A stretch of DNA of 64,000 nucleotides from Bacteroidales bacterium (GCA_016707785.1 JADJGZ010000011.1:75859-139858); one strand, 5' to 3'. Counted from the first letter of the stretch, positions 43,497 to 52,998 are shown. The notes: generated by a model not told the origin, from the letters alone. Numbers and translations: made by a program.

Positions 43497-46004
43497 ATGA
43501 TGAAAAGAAAATATTTCGCGGCCCTTATAATACTCCTGTTTGTTTTACAACAACACTCACAAGCATCAGTGCCTGAACGGAAAGGCTGGTGGAAATTTGA
43601 TGACCCGTCCAATCTGCAAAAAGCAGAAGCTGGCTTTGGAGTTGATCTTATTCTTACCGGGACACAAACTTTAGCCGCAGGTCCAGAAGCAGGTAACTCT
43701 GCAACTCGGATTGGTATAGGAAGTTATTATAAAATGCAGCACCAGATTCCGGCTAATGGAGGTGGAATCTATGTTAATGAGTATACTCTGCAGTATGATT
43801 TCAAAGTATCCGGCAATAGTGTCTGGCACTCCTTTTTCCAGACTGCCACGAGCAATAACAATGATGGAGATTTCTTTATTAATCCATCTGGTAATATTGG
43901 TGTAGCAGCAGTTGGTTACAGTGCCTACTCTATCACTCCTAATGAATGGTACCGCCTGGTGATATCTGTTAAAAATGGAAGTCACTTTAATTGCTTCCTG
44001 GATGGGCAACTTCTTATGATCGGGAATATTCAGGCTATTGATGACCGGTTTTCACTGGAGAATCTTCTTTTAATTTTCGCAGATGATGATTCAGAAGATG
44101 CAGAAATCTATTGCTCCGAACTTGCCATTTGGGACCAGGCCCTTAATACAGAGCAGGTGGCTGAGATTGGGGGATTCGGACATGAAACAGGCGTTTTTCT
44201 TATGACCAGGATTCCTTACTTGCAAAGCCCGGGAATGAATACTATGACGGTTTGCTGGCATGATATTGCATCAACCAATACGAAAGTAAAGTTCAGTGTG
44301 GATTCCTCCTTTAACAATGAAGCAACCGGGATTAGTGAACTAATCAGTGAACCATTCCGATGGCATTCAGTGAAATTAACCGGCTTACTTGCAAACACGC
44401 GTTATTATTACAAAGTATTCAGTGGTAGTGGCGAATCTGGAATATACTCCTTTAAAACATTGCCGGATGAAACCTATACAGGCAAATTACGCTTTGTACT
44501 GTTGAGTGATACCCATGCCACAGATACAACAATGGCGGGCAAGGTATTGAGAGCAGCCAGGGATAAAGTCACTGAATTATTCGGGCCGGACATTGAAAAT
44601 CATGTTAATGGAATACTTCATTCCGGAGATATAGTCGTGAGTGGATCAACTCCAAAACATTACTCCCTCCAGTATTTTCAGCCATTATCTGCATTGTCAG
44701 GTAATATACCGACTATGGTGGTAGCAGGAAATCACGAAGGTGAAAGCCCTTATTTTTATCAATACCTGAAAATCGATGATCTATCTGCATTCCCCCAGGT
44801 AACAGCATTAAATGAGAAAATCTGGCAGCTTAAAGTAGCCAATTCTTTGTTTATTGGACTGAATACAAATATTATTGATCAGTATGGTGAAACTCAGGCT
44901 AACTGGCTCGATACCAGGCTGAACGAAGCAGAGAATGATCCGGGTATTGATTTTGTGTTCGTTTTCTTTCATCATCCACCCATTTCCGAATTGTGGATTG
45001 TAGGAGGTACTGAATATGTAAAAGACAGGCTTCTACCTGTAATGAAAAAATATTCAAAGGTTCGTGAGATTCACTATGGACATACACATGGGTATGAAAG
45101 AGGGACTTCAACTTCTGAAGTAAATAATGGTGACATCAGGATGATTTGTACCGGTGGCGGTGGTGGCCCTCTTGACCCCTGGGCTGCAGGTGAGAACCTT
45201 GACTACGAGGACATTCATATCTGTATCAGTAATTATTTCTTCCAACTGCTTGAGATTGATGTTGCAAACCATTCTTACCAGAACTCAGTATATAGTCTTG
45301 GCACACTTACAAAACCAAAAAATTCAGAAGTGATTGATAAGTGGTACAAGGTTAAAAATCAATCCGCTCCGGCAACACCTTTGATTGAAAATATCTCAAA
45401 AACCGGGGAATTTATTCAGTTTACTACTTCCCACTTTTCTGGTACCGACTCCCTGATGTCGGTCAGATTCCAGGTTATTGACAGCACATTGACTTCGCCA
45501 GTAGTCATTGACTCAACCAGGCATTGGACCAATATCTATGGTATTGATCCATCTGCAGAGCCACTTGATCTAAATCTGAATATAAACCTGTATGAGAGCA
45601 GGATTAATAAAATCAACCTGTCCGAATCCAGGGAATACCTGTTCCGGGTCCGATACCGCGATCATAACCTGAAATGGAGCAACTGGTCTGAACCAACCCG
45701 GTTTAAAACGGTTGGGATAAACGAAAATCAAGATCTTCAGCAAGGTTATTTCCTTTACCAGAACTTTCCGAACCCCTTTCAGGAGCAAACCATCATTACC
45801 TATTGTATTCCGGTAACTGGCGATGTCAGCTTCCGAATTTATGATTGTAATCAAAAACTGATTGATGAAATAAACGAGGGTAAAAAAGATAAAGGGACCT
45901 ATCAATTTACCTATTCGAAAAAGAACCTGAGTAGTGATACTTACTTTTATGAAATGAATGTAAACAACTTTTCGGTTTCCAGAAAAATGCTGCACATAAA
46001 GTAA
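43497..46004 (+). CDS. T9SS cargo protein: LamG-like module + purple-acid-phosphatase-like metallophosphoesterase + sorting domain
   Basis: 835 aa. A fourth GWWKFDD module. PYLQSPGMNTMTVCWH (PAP N-domain). Phosphoesterase motifs LLSDTH, GDIVVSG, VAGNHE, FFHHPP, GHTHGYER. CTD NFPNPF...YFYEMNVNNFSVSRKMLHIK. Confidence 0.8.
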   Translation: MMKRKYFAALIILLFVLQQHSQASVPERKGWWKFDDPSNLQKAEAGFGVDLILTGTQTLAAGPEAGNSATRIGIGSYYKMQHQIPANGGGIYVNEYTLQYDFKVSGNSVWHSFFQTATSNNNDGDFFINPSGNIGVAAVGYSAYSITPNEWYRLVISVKNGSHFNCFLDGQLLMIGNIQAIDDRFSLENLLLIFADDDSEDAEIYCSELAIWDQALNTEQVAEIGGFGHETGVFLMTRIPYLQSPGMNTMTVCWHDIASTNTKVKFSVDSSFNNEATGISELISEPFRWHSVKLTGLLANTRYYYKVFSGSGESGIYSFKTLPDETYTGKLRFVLLSDTHATDTTMAGKVLRAARDKVTELFGPDIENHVNGILHSGDIVVSGSTPKHYSLQYFQPLSALSGNIPTMVVAGNHEGESPYFYQYLKIDDLSAFPQVTALNEKIWQLKVANSLFIGLNTNIIDQYGETQANWLDTRLNEAENDPGIDFVFVFFHHPPISELWIVGGTEYVKDRLLPVMKKYSKVREIHYGHTHGYERGTSTSEVNNGDIRMICTGGGGGPLDPWAAGENLDYEDIHICISNYFFQLLEIDVANHSYQNSVYSLGTLTKPKNSEVIDKWYKVKNQSAPATPLIENISKTGEFIQFTTSHFSGTDSLMSVRFQVIDSTLTSPVVIDSTRHWTNIYGIDPSAEPLDLNLNINLYESRINKINLSESREYLFRVRYRDHNLKWSNWSEPTRFKTVGINENQDLQQGYFLYQNFPNPFQEQTIITYCIPVTGDVSFRIYDCNQKLIDEINEGKKDKGTYQFTYSKKNLSSDTYFYEMNVNNFSVSRKMLHIK

Positions 46005-46196
46005 ATTTGTTACTACTAAACCTGGGAGGATTTTAAATAATTAATCGTACTTCCTGATTGTCAAACATTTCTCCGTGGTTATCTTGTATAAATTCACGAG
46101 GCTGTTGTAGATACTGGCAGTGCAAAAAATCAAAGAAGCTCATCCCTCAACACTATTTAAATTAATTACAGGTCTAAAAATTCAATCCCTACTCCA

Positions 46197-46961
46197 ATGA
46201 AACATACCAAAAATGCATTAATCATCGTATTCCTGTTCATCGGCTTAAGCCTGTTTTCACAATCAAAAGAGGGCTATTCGCTGGTGTGGGAGGACAACTT
46301 TAATGGGACTTCCCTTGATACCAGTGCCTGGAGTCATGAAACAGCAGAACCAGGTTGGGTAAATAACGAGTTACAACGATATACAACTGGCAACATTGAG
46401 TTTGCTGAAGGTAACCTGGTAATAATTTCAAAAAAAGAGAATGGGGAATATACCTCCGCTCGTCTGATTACAAAAGGGAAACGAACCTTTACCTACGGAT
46501 TATTTGAAATAAAAGCCAAAATACCCGAAGGTACTGGGACCTGGCCTGCATTGTGGATGCTTGGACAAAATATTGACCAGGTAGGATGGCCTGCCTGTGG
46601 TGAATTGGACATCATGGAACACGTGGGGAAACATCCAAATTTCATTCATTCTACGGTTCATAATCCATCAGGTTATGGTGCCACACCTTATACCGGAATC
46701 ATAGAAATTAACGACCCGTTTAACACCTACCATATTTACAGTATGGAATGGACTAAAGAATATGTGGATTTCTATACCGATGGAAAGTTGGTTTATCATT
46801 ATCAGCCGGAAGTGAAAAATGCTGAAAACTGGCCATTCGACAAGCCTTGCTACTTTATTTTCAATATTGCAATCGGAGGAAATTGGGGAGGCCCGGTGGT
46901 TGATGATACGCTCTTCCCTGCTACAATGACTGTAGATTGGATTAAAGCTTATCAGAAGTAG
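46197..46961 (+). CDS. Glycoside hydrolase family 16 (laminarinase/beta-glucanase type)
   Basis: Signal peptide, WPALWMLG, and the catalytic GELDIMEH (ExDxxE). Confidence 0.85.
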   Translation: MKHTKNALIIVFLFIGLSLFSQSKEGYSLVWEDNFNGTSLDTSAWSHETAEPGWVNNELQRYTTGNIEFAEGNLVIISKKENGEYTSARLITKGKRTFTYGLFEIKAKIPEGTGTWPALWMLGQNIDQVGWPACGELDIMEHVGKHPNFIHSTVHNPSGYGATPYTGIIEINDPFNTYHIYSMEWTKEYVDFYTDGKLVYHYQPEVKNAENWPFDKPCYFIFNIAIGGNWGGPVVDDTLFPATMTVDWIKAYQK

Positions 46962-46962
46962 A

Positions 46963-47202
46963 ATGTCTGATGTCGGATGTCTGATGTCGGATGTCTGATG
47001 TCTAATGTCTAATGTCGGATGCCCCGAAAGGAGCCTTTGGCTTCGGATGTTGGATTGCGGATTGCGGATTGCGGATTGCGGATTGCGGATTGCGGATTGC
47101 GGATTGGAGATTGGGAATTGTAGATGGTGGATGGGACTTGGTCCGCCGGCTGGCGGATGGGACTTGGTCCGCCAGCTGGCGGATGAGACTTGAGACTTGG
47201 GC
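46963..47202. repeat. Mosaic micro-repeat element: 25 heptads in one continuous register (ATGTCKG x8, a 28-nt hairpin unit, ATTGCGG x7, degenerate heptads), then 2 copies of a 26-nt double-hairpin unit
   Basis: Starts 2 nt after the GH16 stop. The register was counted by hand from 46963 to 47137. The units gggacttggtccgccRgctggcggat occur twice (47131..47185). Confidence 0.85.
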
Positions 47203-47457
47203 TTATATTTTTCTTGTAGTCCACTAATTTCCAAGATTCCGTGAGTTAACGAACGAAAGTATTAGTGCTGCATTCGTGCATTCGTGGCATTATATTTCGC
47301 CAGTAGCATTAACTTCCATCAGAATGTAAATACTTCAGGCAAAAAATCAGAACACAAATAGCTTAAATTATTCACAAATTGACACAAATAATTGAATCTT
47401 GCTTGCAGGTCATTTGCATTTATTTGTGTGGCATTTGTGTGATCTTCCCCCTTCAGG

Positions 47458-47574
47458 TACTCAGAGCCACAGGCTCCCCATCGGGGCACTCAGAGCCACA
47501 GGCTCCCCTTCGGGGCACTCGGCACTCAGCACTCAGCACTCAGCACTCAGCACTCAGCACTCAGCACTTAGCAC
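47458..47574. repeat. Two ~29-nt double-hairpin units followed by a (CAGCACT)n array with 6 perfect copies
   Basis: cagagccacaggctccccatcggggcact, cagagccacaggctccccttcggggcact, then cggcact, (cagcact)x6, tagcaca. Ends 33 nt before the next ATG. Confidence 0.85.
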
Positions 47575-47606
47575 AAATCATTAACGCAACACATTAACAA
47601 CGCAAT

Positions 47607-48710
47607 ATGAACGAACCTTCAGCCCGCTCCCCCCGCATTGCATCTATTGATGCCCTGAGAGGATTTGATATGCTGTTCATCATCTTTCTGGATCACTTTT
47701 TCAGCGCACTGAACGTAGGTGTAGGCTCACCTTTTACACAATCACTGGCTAAACAATTTGATCACCCTGAATGGTTCGGTTCTACAATTTATGATATTGT
47801 AATGCCTTTATTCCTGTTTATCGTCGGGGCAGCAATCCCTTTTTCCTTATCCAGACAAAAACAACAGGACTCAGGATTGTCAGCAATATACTTAAAGCTA
47901 ATTCGACGTTTTGTGATCCTTTTTATCCTGGGCTGGATTGTTCAAGGTCATTTACTTGAATTCAATATCGAAACTTTCAGCATTTTCAGCAATACCCTGC
48001 AAGCTATTGCAGTCGGATATCTATTTTCTGCCATTGCGTTTATTCATTTCAGCAGAAAGGTGCGGCTATGGATTTTTGCTTCTTCTCTCATTGTATATAT
48101 TCTGCTTTTAACCATTCCTTATGTGCCGGGTGCTGGCAGAGGTGTATTATTACCGGGAAGCAGCTTTGCCTGGTATGTCGATCAAATTGTTTTTGGACAA
48201 TTCCAGGATGGCACTCAATATACCTGGTTAATAAGTGGACTTGGTTTTATCGCCACCACGCTGACAGGCGTTTTTGCCGGAGAATTGATCAAATCAGACC
48301 TGCCCAGAAAAAAAGTAGCCTTATATCTGTTAATCTGCGGAATAGCAGGAGTACTGCTGGGATTGTTATTAGGAATCTGGCATCCGATCATTAAGAAACT
48401 TTGGACCAGCTCTTTCGTGCTGGCATCCTCTGGTGTTTGTTTTCTGCTGCTAAGTTTCTTCTACTGGATCATCGATGTCAAAGGAAAAGTAAAATGGGCC
48501 TTCCCACTCAGGGTGATCGGAATGAATGCTATAGTAGCTTATGTACTTTCACATGTTTTCAACTTTCACCTGATTGCTGAACAGGTTTTATATGGGTTAA
48601 AGCAATTTGTTGGCAATTTCAATTACCTCTTACTGACTATTGGCGGATTTGGCATTTTGTACCTGATTCTATGGTACATGCACAAAAACAAGACTTTTAT
48701 AAAAGTATAA
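47607..48710 (+). CDS. DUF5009/heparan-alpha-glucosaminide N-acetyltransferase-like polytopic membrane acyltransferase
   Basis: 367 aa. RIASIDALRGFDMLFIIFL... N-terminal signature, and about 10 TM helices. Confidence 0.7.
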   Translation: MNEPSARSPRIASIDALRGFDMLFIIFLDHFFSALNVGVGSPFTQSLAKQFDHPEWFGSTIYDIVMPLFLFIVGAAIPFSLSRQKQQDSGLSAIYLKLIRRFVILFILGWIVQGHLLEFNIETFSIFSNTLQAIAVGYLFSAIAFIHFSRKVRLWIFASSLIVYILLLTIPYVPGAGRGVLLPGSSFAWYVDQIVFGQFQDGTQYTWLISGLGFIATTLTGVFAGELIKSDLPRKKVALYLLICGIAGVLLGLLLGIWHPIIKKLWTSSFVLASSGVCFLLLSFFYWIIDVKGKVKWAFPLRVIGMNAIVAYVLSHVFNFHLIAEQVLYGLKQFVGNFNYLLLTIGGFGILYLILWYMHKNKTFIKV

Positions 48711-48827
48711 AATCAGTCTTAGCCTGATTCATCCCAAACTAGACCTGATCATGCTAAAATTATCCAATAGATGCGTAAGTATTCATCCCAACAGAATTAC
48801 AATCAACAATTTAAAATTTTAGTAACG

Positions 48828-49687
48828 ATGAAGAATTTGCTGCTTTCGTGTTTGACTTTCTTGCTTTTAACGAGCAGTATTGTTGCGCAGGAAGAAATTA
48901 AGCTCTACCCTAATGGCCCGGCAGAAGAAAGTGGAATAACCGCAAAAGAAACACAATACGGTACCTCCTGGGTAGTAGATGTCACTGAAGCAAGGATGTT
49001 TGCCTATATTGTCCCTAAAGAAAAAGCAAATGGAACAGCAGTTCTGATCTGCCCGGGAGGAGGATATGGAGGGCTTGCAATGGAACATGAAGGGACCATG
49101 GTTGCTCAATGGCTGAATTCTATAGGCATTTCCGCATTTGTACTATACTACCGTATGCCGAACCATCATCCGGAAATCCCTTTGAAAGATGCTCAGACTG
49201 CTATTGAACTCATCCGGAAAAACTCGAAAAAATGGAATATCGACAGGCACAAAGTTGGGATAGCAGGTTTTTCGGCCGGTGGACACCTGGCTTCAACTGT
49301 TGGAACTCAAAATAAGAGAAAAAACCGTCCGGATTTTATGATCCTGGTTTACCCTGTAATCACTATGACCAGAGGTGATGGAACTTGCGAAAACCTGCTT
49401 GGAAAAGATCCCTCAGACCCGCTGATTAATCGATTTTCAACTGACCTTCATGTAACTGAAAAGACGCCGCCAACTTTCTTAGTTGCAGCTGTGGATGATG
49501 ATGTAGTTTCGATTGAACATAGTTATAAATTCTACAAAGCTTTACAAGCCAGGAAAGTGCTATCTGAGATACATGCTTATAAAACCGGGGGCATAGTTTT
49601 GGAATGAAAAAAAAAGGTTTGGAGGTCGACAACTGGCCGGAACTTCTCTATAAATGGTTGCAATTATATTCAAAAGGTAAAGATTAA
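48828..49687 (+). pseudogene. Alpha/beta-hydrolase esterase (GFSAGGH nucleophile elbow), apparently frameshifted before the catalytic His
   Basis: The ORF ends at 49607 as ...HAYKTGGIVLE*. One nt further on, the next frame reads GHSFGMKKKGLEVDNWPELLYKWLQLYSKGKD* to 49687. This restores the expected GGH(G/S)FG catalytic-His motif. The shift sits at a ccggggg run near 49585. Confidence 0.65.
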
Positions 49688-49800
49688 AACATGCCTTTTC
49701 ACCCCTGATTTCTAATCTTATTAACCTACTTCGGACGAATTAAAATCAGTGCATGTATTAATTGGGTATATTCGTACTCTATTTCTTTGGTGGAAAAATT

Positions 49801-51177
49801 ATGTTCGTAGCAGAAGTTGTTTACAACCTTTTAGGGTTGCTGGCACTTAGTGTGCTCTCTGGATTCATATCATCAAGGTATGATAAGAAAAAACTTGTCG
49901 GCAAAATATTGCAGGGAATTATCTTCGGTTTTATCGCCGTTGCTGGCATGATGTTTCCATATGTCCTTAAAGCCGGATTAATTTTTGACGGAAGGTCAAT
50001 TGTAATCAGTCTGTGTACGCTCTTTTTCGGTCCATTACCTGGGTTTATTTCTACCTTCCTTGCATTAGGTTACCGAATTTACATCGGAGGTGCCGGTATT
50101 TTGATGGGGAGTAGTGTAATCGTAAGTTCATTTTTGATAGGATACCTGTTTTACTATTTAAGAAAAAACATGAGATTCAGGGTAACGACCCTGAATATCT
50201 ATTTTTTCGGCTTATTTGTTCATCTGGCAATGATGTTTTCTATGTTTTTACTCCCTCTGTCATTCAGAAGAGAAACTTTCAACTTGTTGACCTTTTCAAT
50301 TATGGGCATTTACCCATTTATTACTTTACTAATTGGAAAAATTCTTTTTGATCAGGAACAAAAACAGGTGGTTTTTACCCTGATCAAAAATAAAGAAGCC
50401 TCAATGCGTGCAACATTATATAGTATTGCTGATGCTGTCATCACAACGGATACTTTCGGAAGCATAATGCAGATGAATAAAGAAGCTGAAGAATTGACCG
50501 GTTGGAAGGAAGAAGAAGCCCAGGGAAAAGATCTGGATGATGTGTATCAAATTTATAATGAAGACACCGGAGACAGGCTTGAATCACCGAAATCGCGAAT
50601 TCAGACAAAAATTCCATCCATTTGGCAAAATGGACATTCATATTTAAAATCCAGAAATACAATTTTTAAACCAATAGCTGAAAGTATTTCTCCTATAATT
50701 GATGACTCAGGTGAAATTGTGGGGATGGTTATTGTATTCAGAGATCAGTCACTTGAACGAAAAAAAATCCAGGAATTGGAAGAGAGCAATCTTTTATTCT
50801 CAACCACTTTCCATTTTAGTCCGGTTCCAATGCTGCTGGTAGCAGTCGATGACGGAGTATTCCATGATGTAAACACGATGTTTTTGGATGAAACCGGGTA
50901 TACACGTGATGAGGTTATTGGACAAAACTCTGTCCAGCTCAACCTATACTTCGACCTTAATGATCGTATAAACATGATCGACAAGATAAGATCTGAAGGA
51001 AAAGCATATGGTTTACCCTTTATCTTGAGAATAAAAGATGGCTCATTAAAACACTGCCTCCTTTCTTCTAACATTATCAAGATTAATGGTCGTGAATTCT
51101 ACCTTACGACTATGTTAAACATAAGTCAGAAAAAAAGAGATGACCAAATCAGGCATATGCATTCAATCTTGCAATGA
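49801..51177 (+). CDS. Sensor module: 5TM LytS-type membrane domain + two PAS domains, with no kinase core
   Basis: Hydrophobic N-terminal ~200 aa, then PAS-like segments (ATLYSIADAVITTD...GWKEEEAQGKDL; FHFSPVPMLLVAV...TGYTRDEVIGQNS). Ends at a TGA that is in frame with the next ORF. Confidence 0.7.
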   Translation: MFVAEVVYNLLGLLALSVLSGFISSRYDKKKLVGKILQGIIFGFIAVAGMMFPYVLKAGLIFDGRSIVISLCTLFFGPLPGFISTFLALGYRIYIGGAGILMGSSVIVSSFLIGYLFYYLRKNMRFRVTTLNIYFFGLFVHLAMMFSMFLLPLSFRRETFNLLTFSIMGIYPFITLLIGKILFDQEQKQVVFTLIKNKEASMRATLYSIADAVITTDTFGSIMQMNKEAEELTGWKEEEAQGKDLDDVYQIYNEDTGDRLESPKSRIQTKIPSIWQNGHSYLKSRNTIFKPIAESISPIIDDSGEIVGMVIVFRDQSLERKKIQELEESNLLFSTTFHFSPVPMLLVAVDDGVFHDVNTMFLDETGYTRDEVIGQNSVQLNLYFDLNDRINMIDKIRSEGKAYGLPFILRIKDGSLKHCLLSSNIIKINGREFYLTTMLNISQKKRDDQIRHMHSILQ

Positions 51178-52998
51178 ATGATTTCATCTGCATCTATGGC
51201 TGATTTCTTTAAAGTTATGAAAAATGAATTGGGAGTATTGGTAGATACAACCAACTTCATATTCGCTTTATATGAAGAAAAGAATGATATGCTTACTGCC
51301 CCTTTTATGGAGGATGAGAAAGATGAAATTGCCCCAACCTGGTCGGCAGCAAGGTCCTTAACTGGCTATGTAGTGAAGCAGGGCAAAACTGTGCTGTTGA
51401 ATAAAGCTGAAATCTCTAAACTTGCAGCAGAAAGTATTATTGACATTATTGGAACCCCTGCAGAATGCTGGCTTGGGGTACCCCTGATCAGCAGTAAAAA
51501 AGTGCTTGGTGTGATTGTCATTCAGAGCTATTCCGATCAAAATGCATTCACTCAGCTCGGAATTGAAATTTTGGAAACCGTTGCAAAGCAATTCACCGTT
51601 TACATCGAGAAAAAACAGATAGAAGAAGAATCTCTCATACTTTCCAAAGCTGTAGTTCAAAGCCCGGTAACAATTGTTATTACAGATCTAAACGGATCAA
51701 TTGAATATGTGAATCCAAAATTTACAGAGCTAACCGGTTATACTCTTAAGGAAGCATTTGGCAAGAATCCGAGGATATTAAAATCCGGAGAACAGTCCTC
51801 AGATTTCTATAAAGAATTATGGGATACGATATCTTCAGGAAAAGAATGGCATGGAGAATTCCACAATAAGAAAAAGGATGGTGAGCTATTTTGGGAATCT
51901 GCAATCATAGCACCTATTATCGATTCCAATAATAAAATTACACATTATGTAGCTCTTAAAGAAGATGTTACCGAAAAGAAAAGATTACTTCTTGAGCTTA
52001 TTTCTGCAAAAGACAGGGCAGAGCATGCAGATAAACTGAAGACATCCTTCTTGCAGAATATGTCACATGAAATCCGCACCCCTTTAAACGGGATTCTCGG
52101 TTTTGCACATTTACTTAACAGGGAAAATATTACTACCGAAAATATCCGTCAATATGCACATGTGATTCAAACCAGTGGAAACAGGTTATTGGAACTTATA
52201 AATAATCTAATTGATATCTCCAAAATTGAATCAGGAACTTTAGAAGTCACCATGAAGGAATTTGAACTCAATAATTTAATTTATAGTGTTTCAGATCAAT
52301 TTAAACCTTTGTCGGCTTCAAAAGGAGTAATGCTGAAAGTTGCATTAGAACCAAGGTCTAAAGAGATCAATATTATTTCTGATGAATTAAAAATACATCA
52401 AATTTTAACCAACTTGATAAACAACGCATTCAAGTTTACAAAAGAAGGAAGCGTTGAAGTTGGATATTCACTGGTTGTGGATAAGATTTCATTTTATGTG
52501 AAAGACACAGGCCCAGGGATTTCTGAAGAAAATCAAACGAAAATATTTGAAAGATTCTTCCAGATAGATTCCTCCATGACCAGGGGATATGAAGGTTCAG
52601 GCCTGGGATTATCTATCTGTAAAGGCCTCGTCGAAATGCTCAAAGGAGAGATATGGGTGGAATCAGTCCTTAACCAGGGGACAATATTTCATTTCACAAT
52701 TCCTTTAATTGAAGGGAAACCTTTGGTAATTAGCGAAGCAAGCCCGGAAGTAAAACCGGTATTCAAATATAAAAGCATATTAATTGCTGAAGATGATGAA
52801 TATAGTTTCCTCTATTTACAGGAAATCTTCAACAACTTTAATGTTCTGATTACACGGGCAACTAACGGCCAGGATGCAGTCGATACATGTAAATCCAGAA
52901 AGGATATTGACCTGGTTATGATGGATATCAAGCAAAAATGGCGCATCGCCTCTGCCTCATCGCTCACTGCATCCACCAGAAACAAGCGCTGGAAGTAG
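51178..52998 (+). CDS. GAF-PAS-HisKA-HATPase_c hybrid histidine kinase with degraded C-terminal receiver
   Basis: H-box SHEIRTPLNGILGF, N-box LINNAFKFT, DTGPGI, GSGLGLSI. The receiver starts ILIAEDDEYS...DLVMMDIK and then loses similarity. No TM segment and no N-terminal sensor of its own. Confidence 0.8.
   Translation: MISSASMADFFKVMKNELGVLVDTTNFIFALYEEKNDMLTAPFMEDEKDEIAPTWSAARSLTGYVVKQGKTVLLNKAEISKLAAESIIDIIGTPAECWLGVPLISSKKVLGVIVIQSYSDQNAFTQLGIEILETVAKQFTVYIEKKQIEEESLILSKAVVQSPVTIVITDLNGSIEYVNPKFTELTGYTLKEAFGKNPRILKSGEQSSDFYKELWDTISSGKEWHGEFHNKKKDGELFWESAIIAPIIDSNNKITHYVALKEDVTEKKRLLLELISAKDRAEHADKLKTSFLQNMSHEIRTPLNGILGFAHLLNRENITTENIRQYAHVIQTSGNRLLELINNLIDISKIESGTLEVTMKEFELNNLIYSVSDQFKPLSASKGVMLKVALEPRSKEINIISDELKIHQILTNLINNAFKFTKEGSVEVGYSLVVDKISFYVKDTGPGISEENQTKIFERFFQIDSSMTRGYEGSGLGLSICKGLVEMLKGEIWVESVLNQGTIFHFTIPLIEGKPLVISEASPEVKPVFKYKSILIAEDDEYSFLYLQEIFNNFNVLITRATNGQDAVDTCKSRKDIDLVMMDIKQKWRIASASSLTASTRNKRWK

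Noticed and set aside
46668-47597. Six ORFs (46668..47234 -, 47005..47193 +, 47009..47224 -, 47012..47227 +, 47379..47597 +, 47399..47584 +)
   Set aside because: All are translations of the heptamer and hairpin arrays (IRNPQSA, ADCGLRI, ALSTQHS repeats). They are open in several frames on both strands, and one runs antisense into GH16. These are repeat artefacts, not genes.
51175-51177. TGA as selenocysteine or reassigned codon
   Set aside because: I saw no SECIS-like hairpin. The context (HSILQ*MISS) is a linker, not a redox site. Other genes here terminate normally, and a TAA also interrupts the cytochrome. A plain nonsense mutation or a split gene is simpler.
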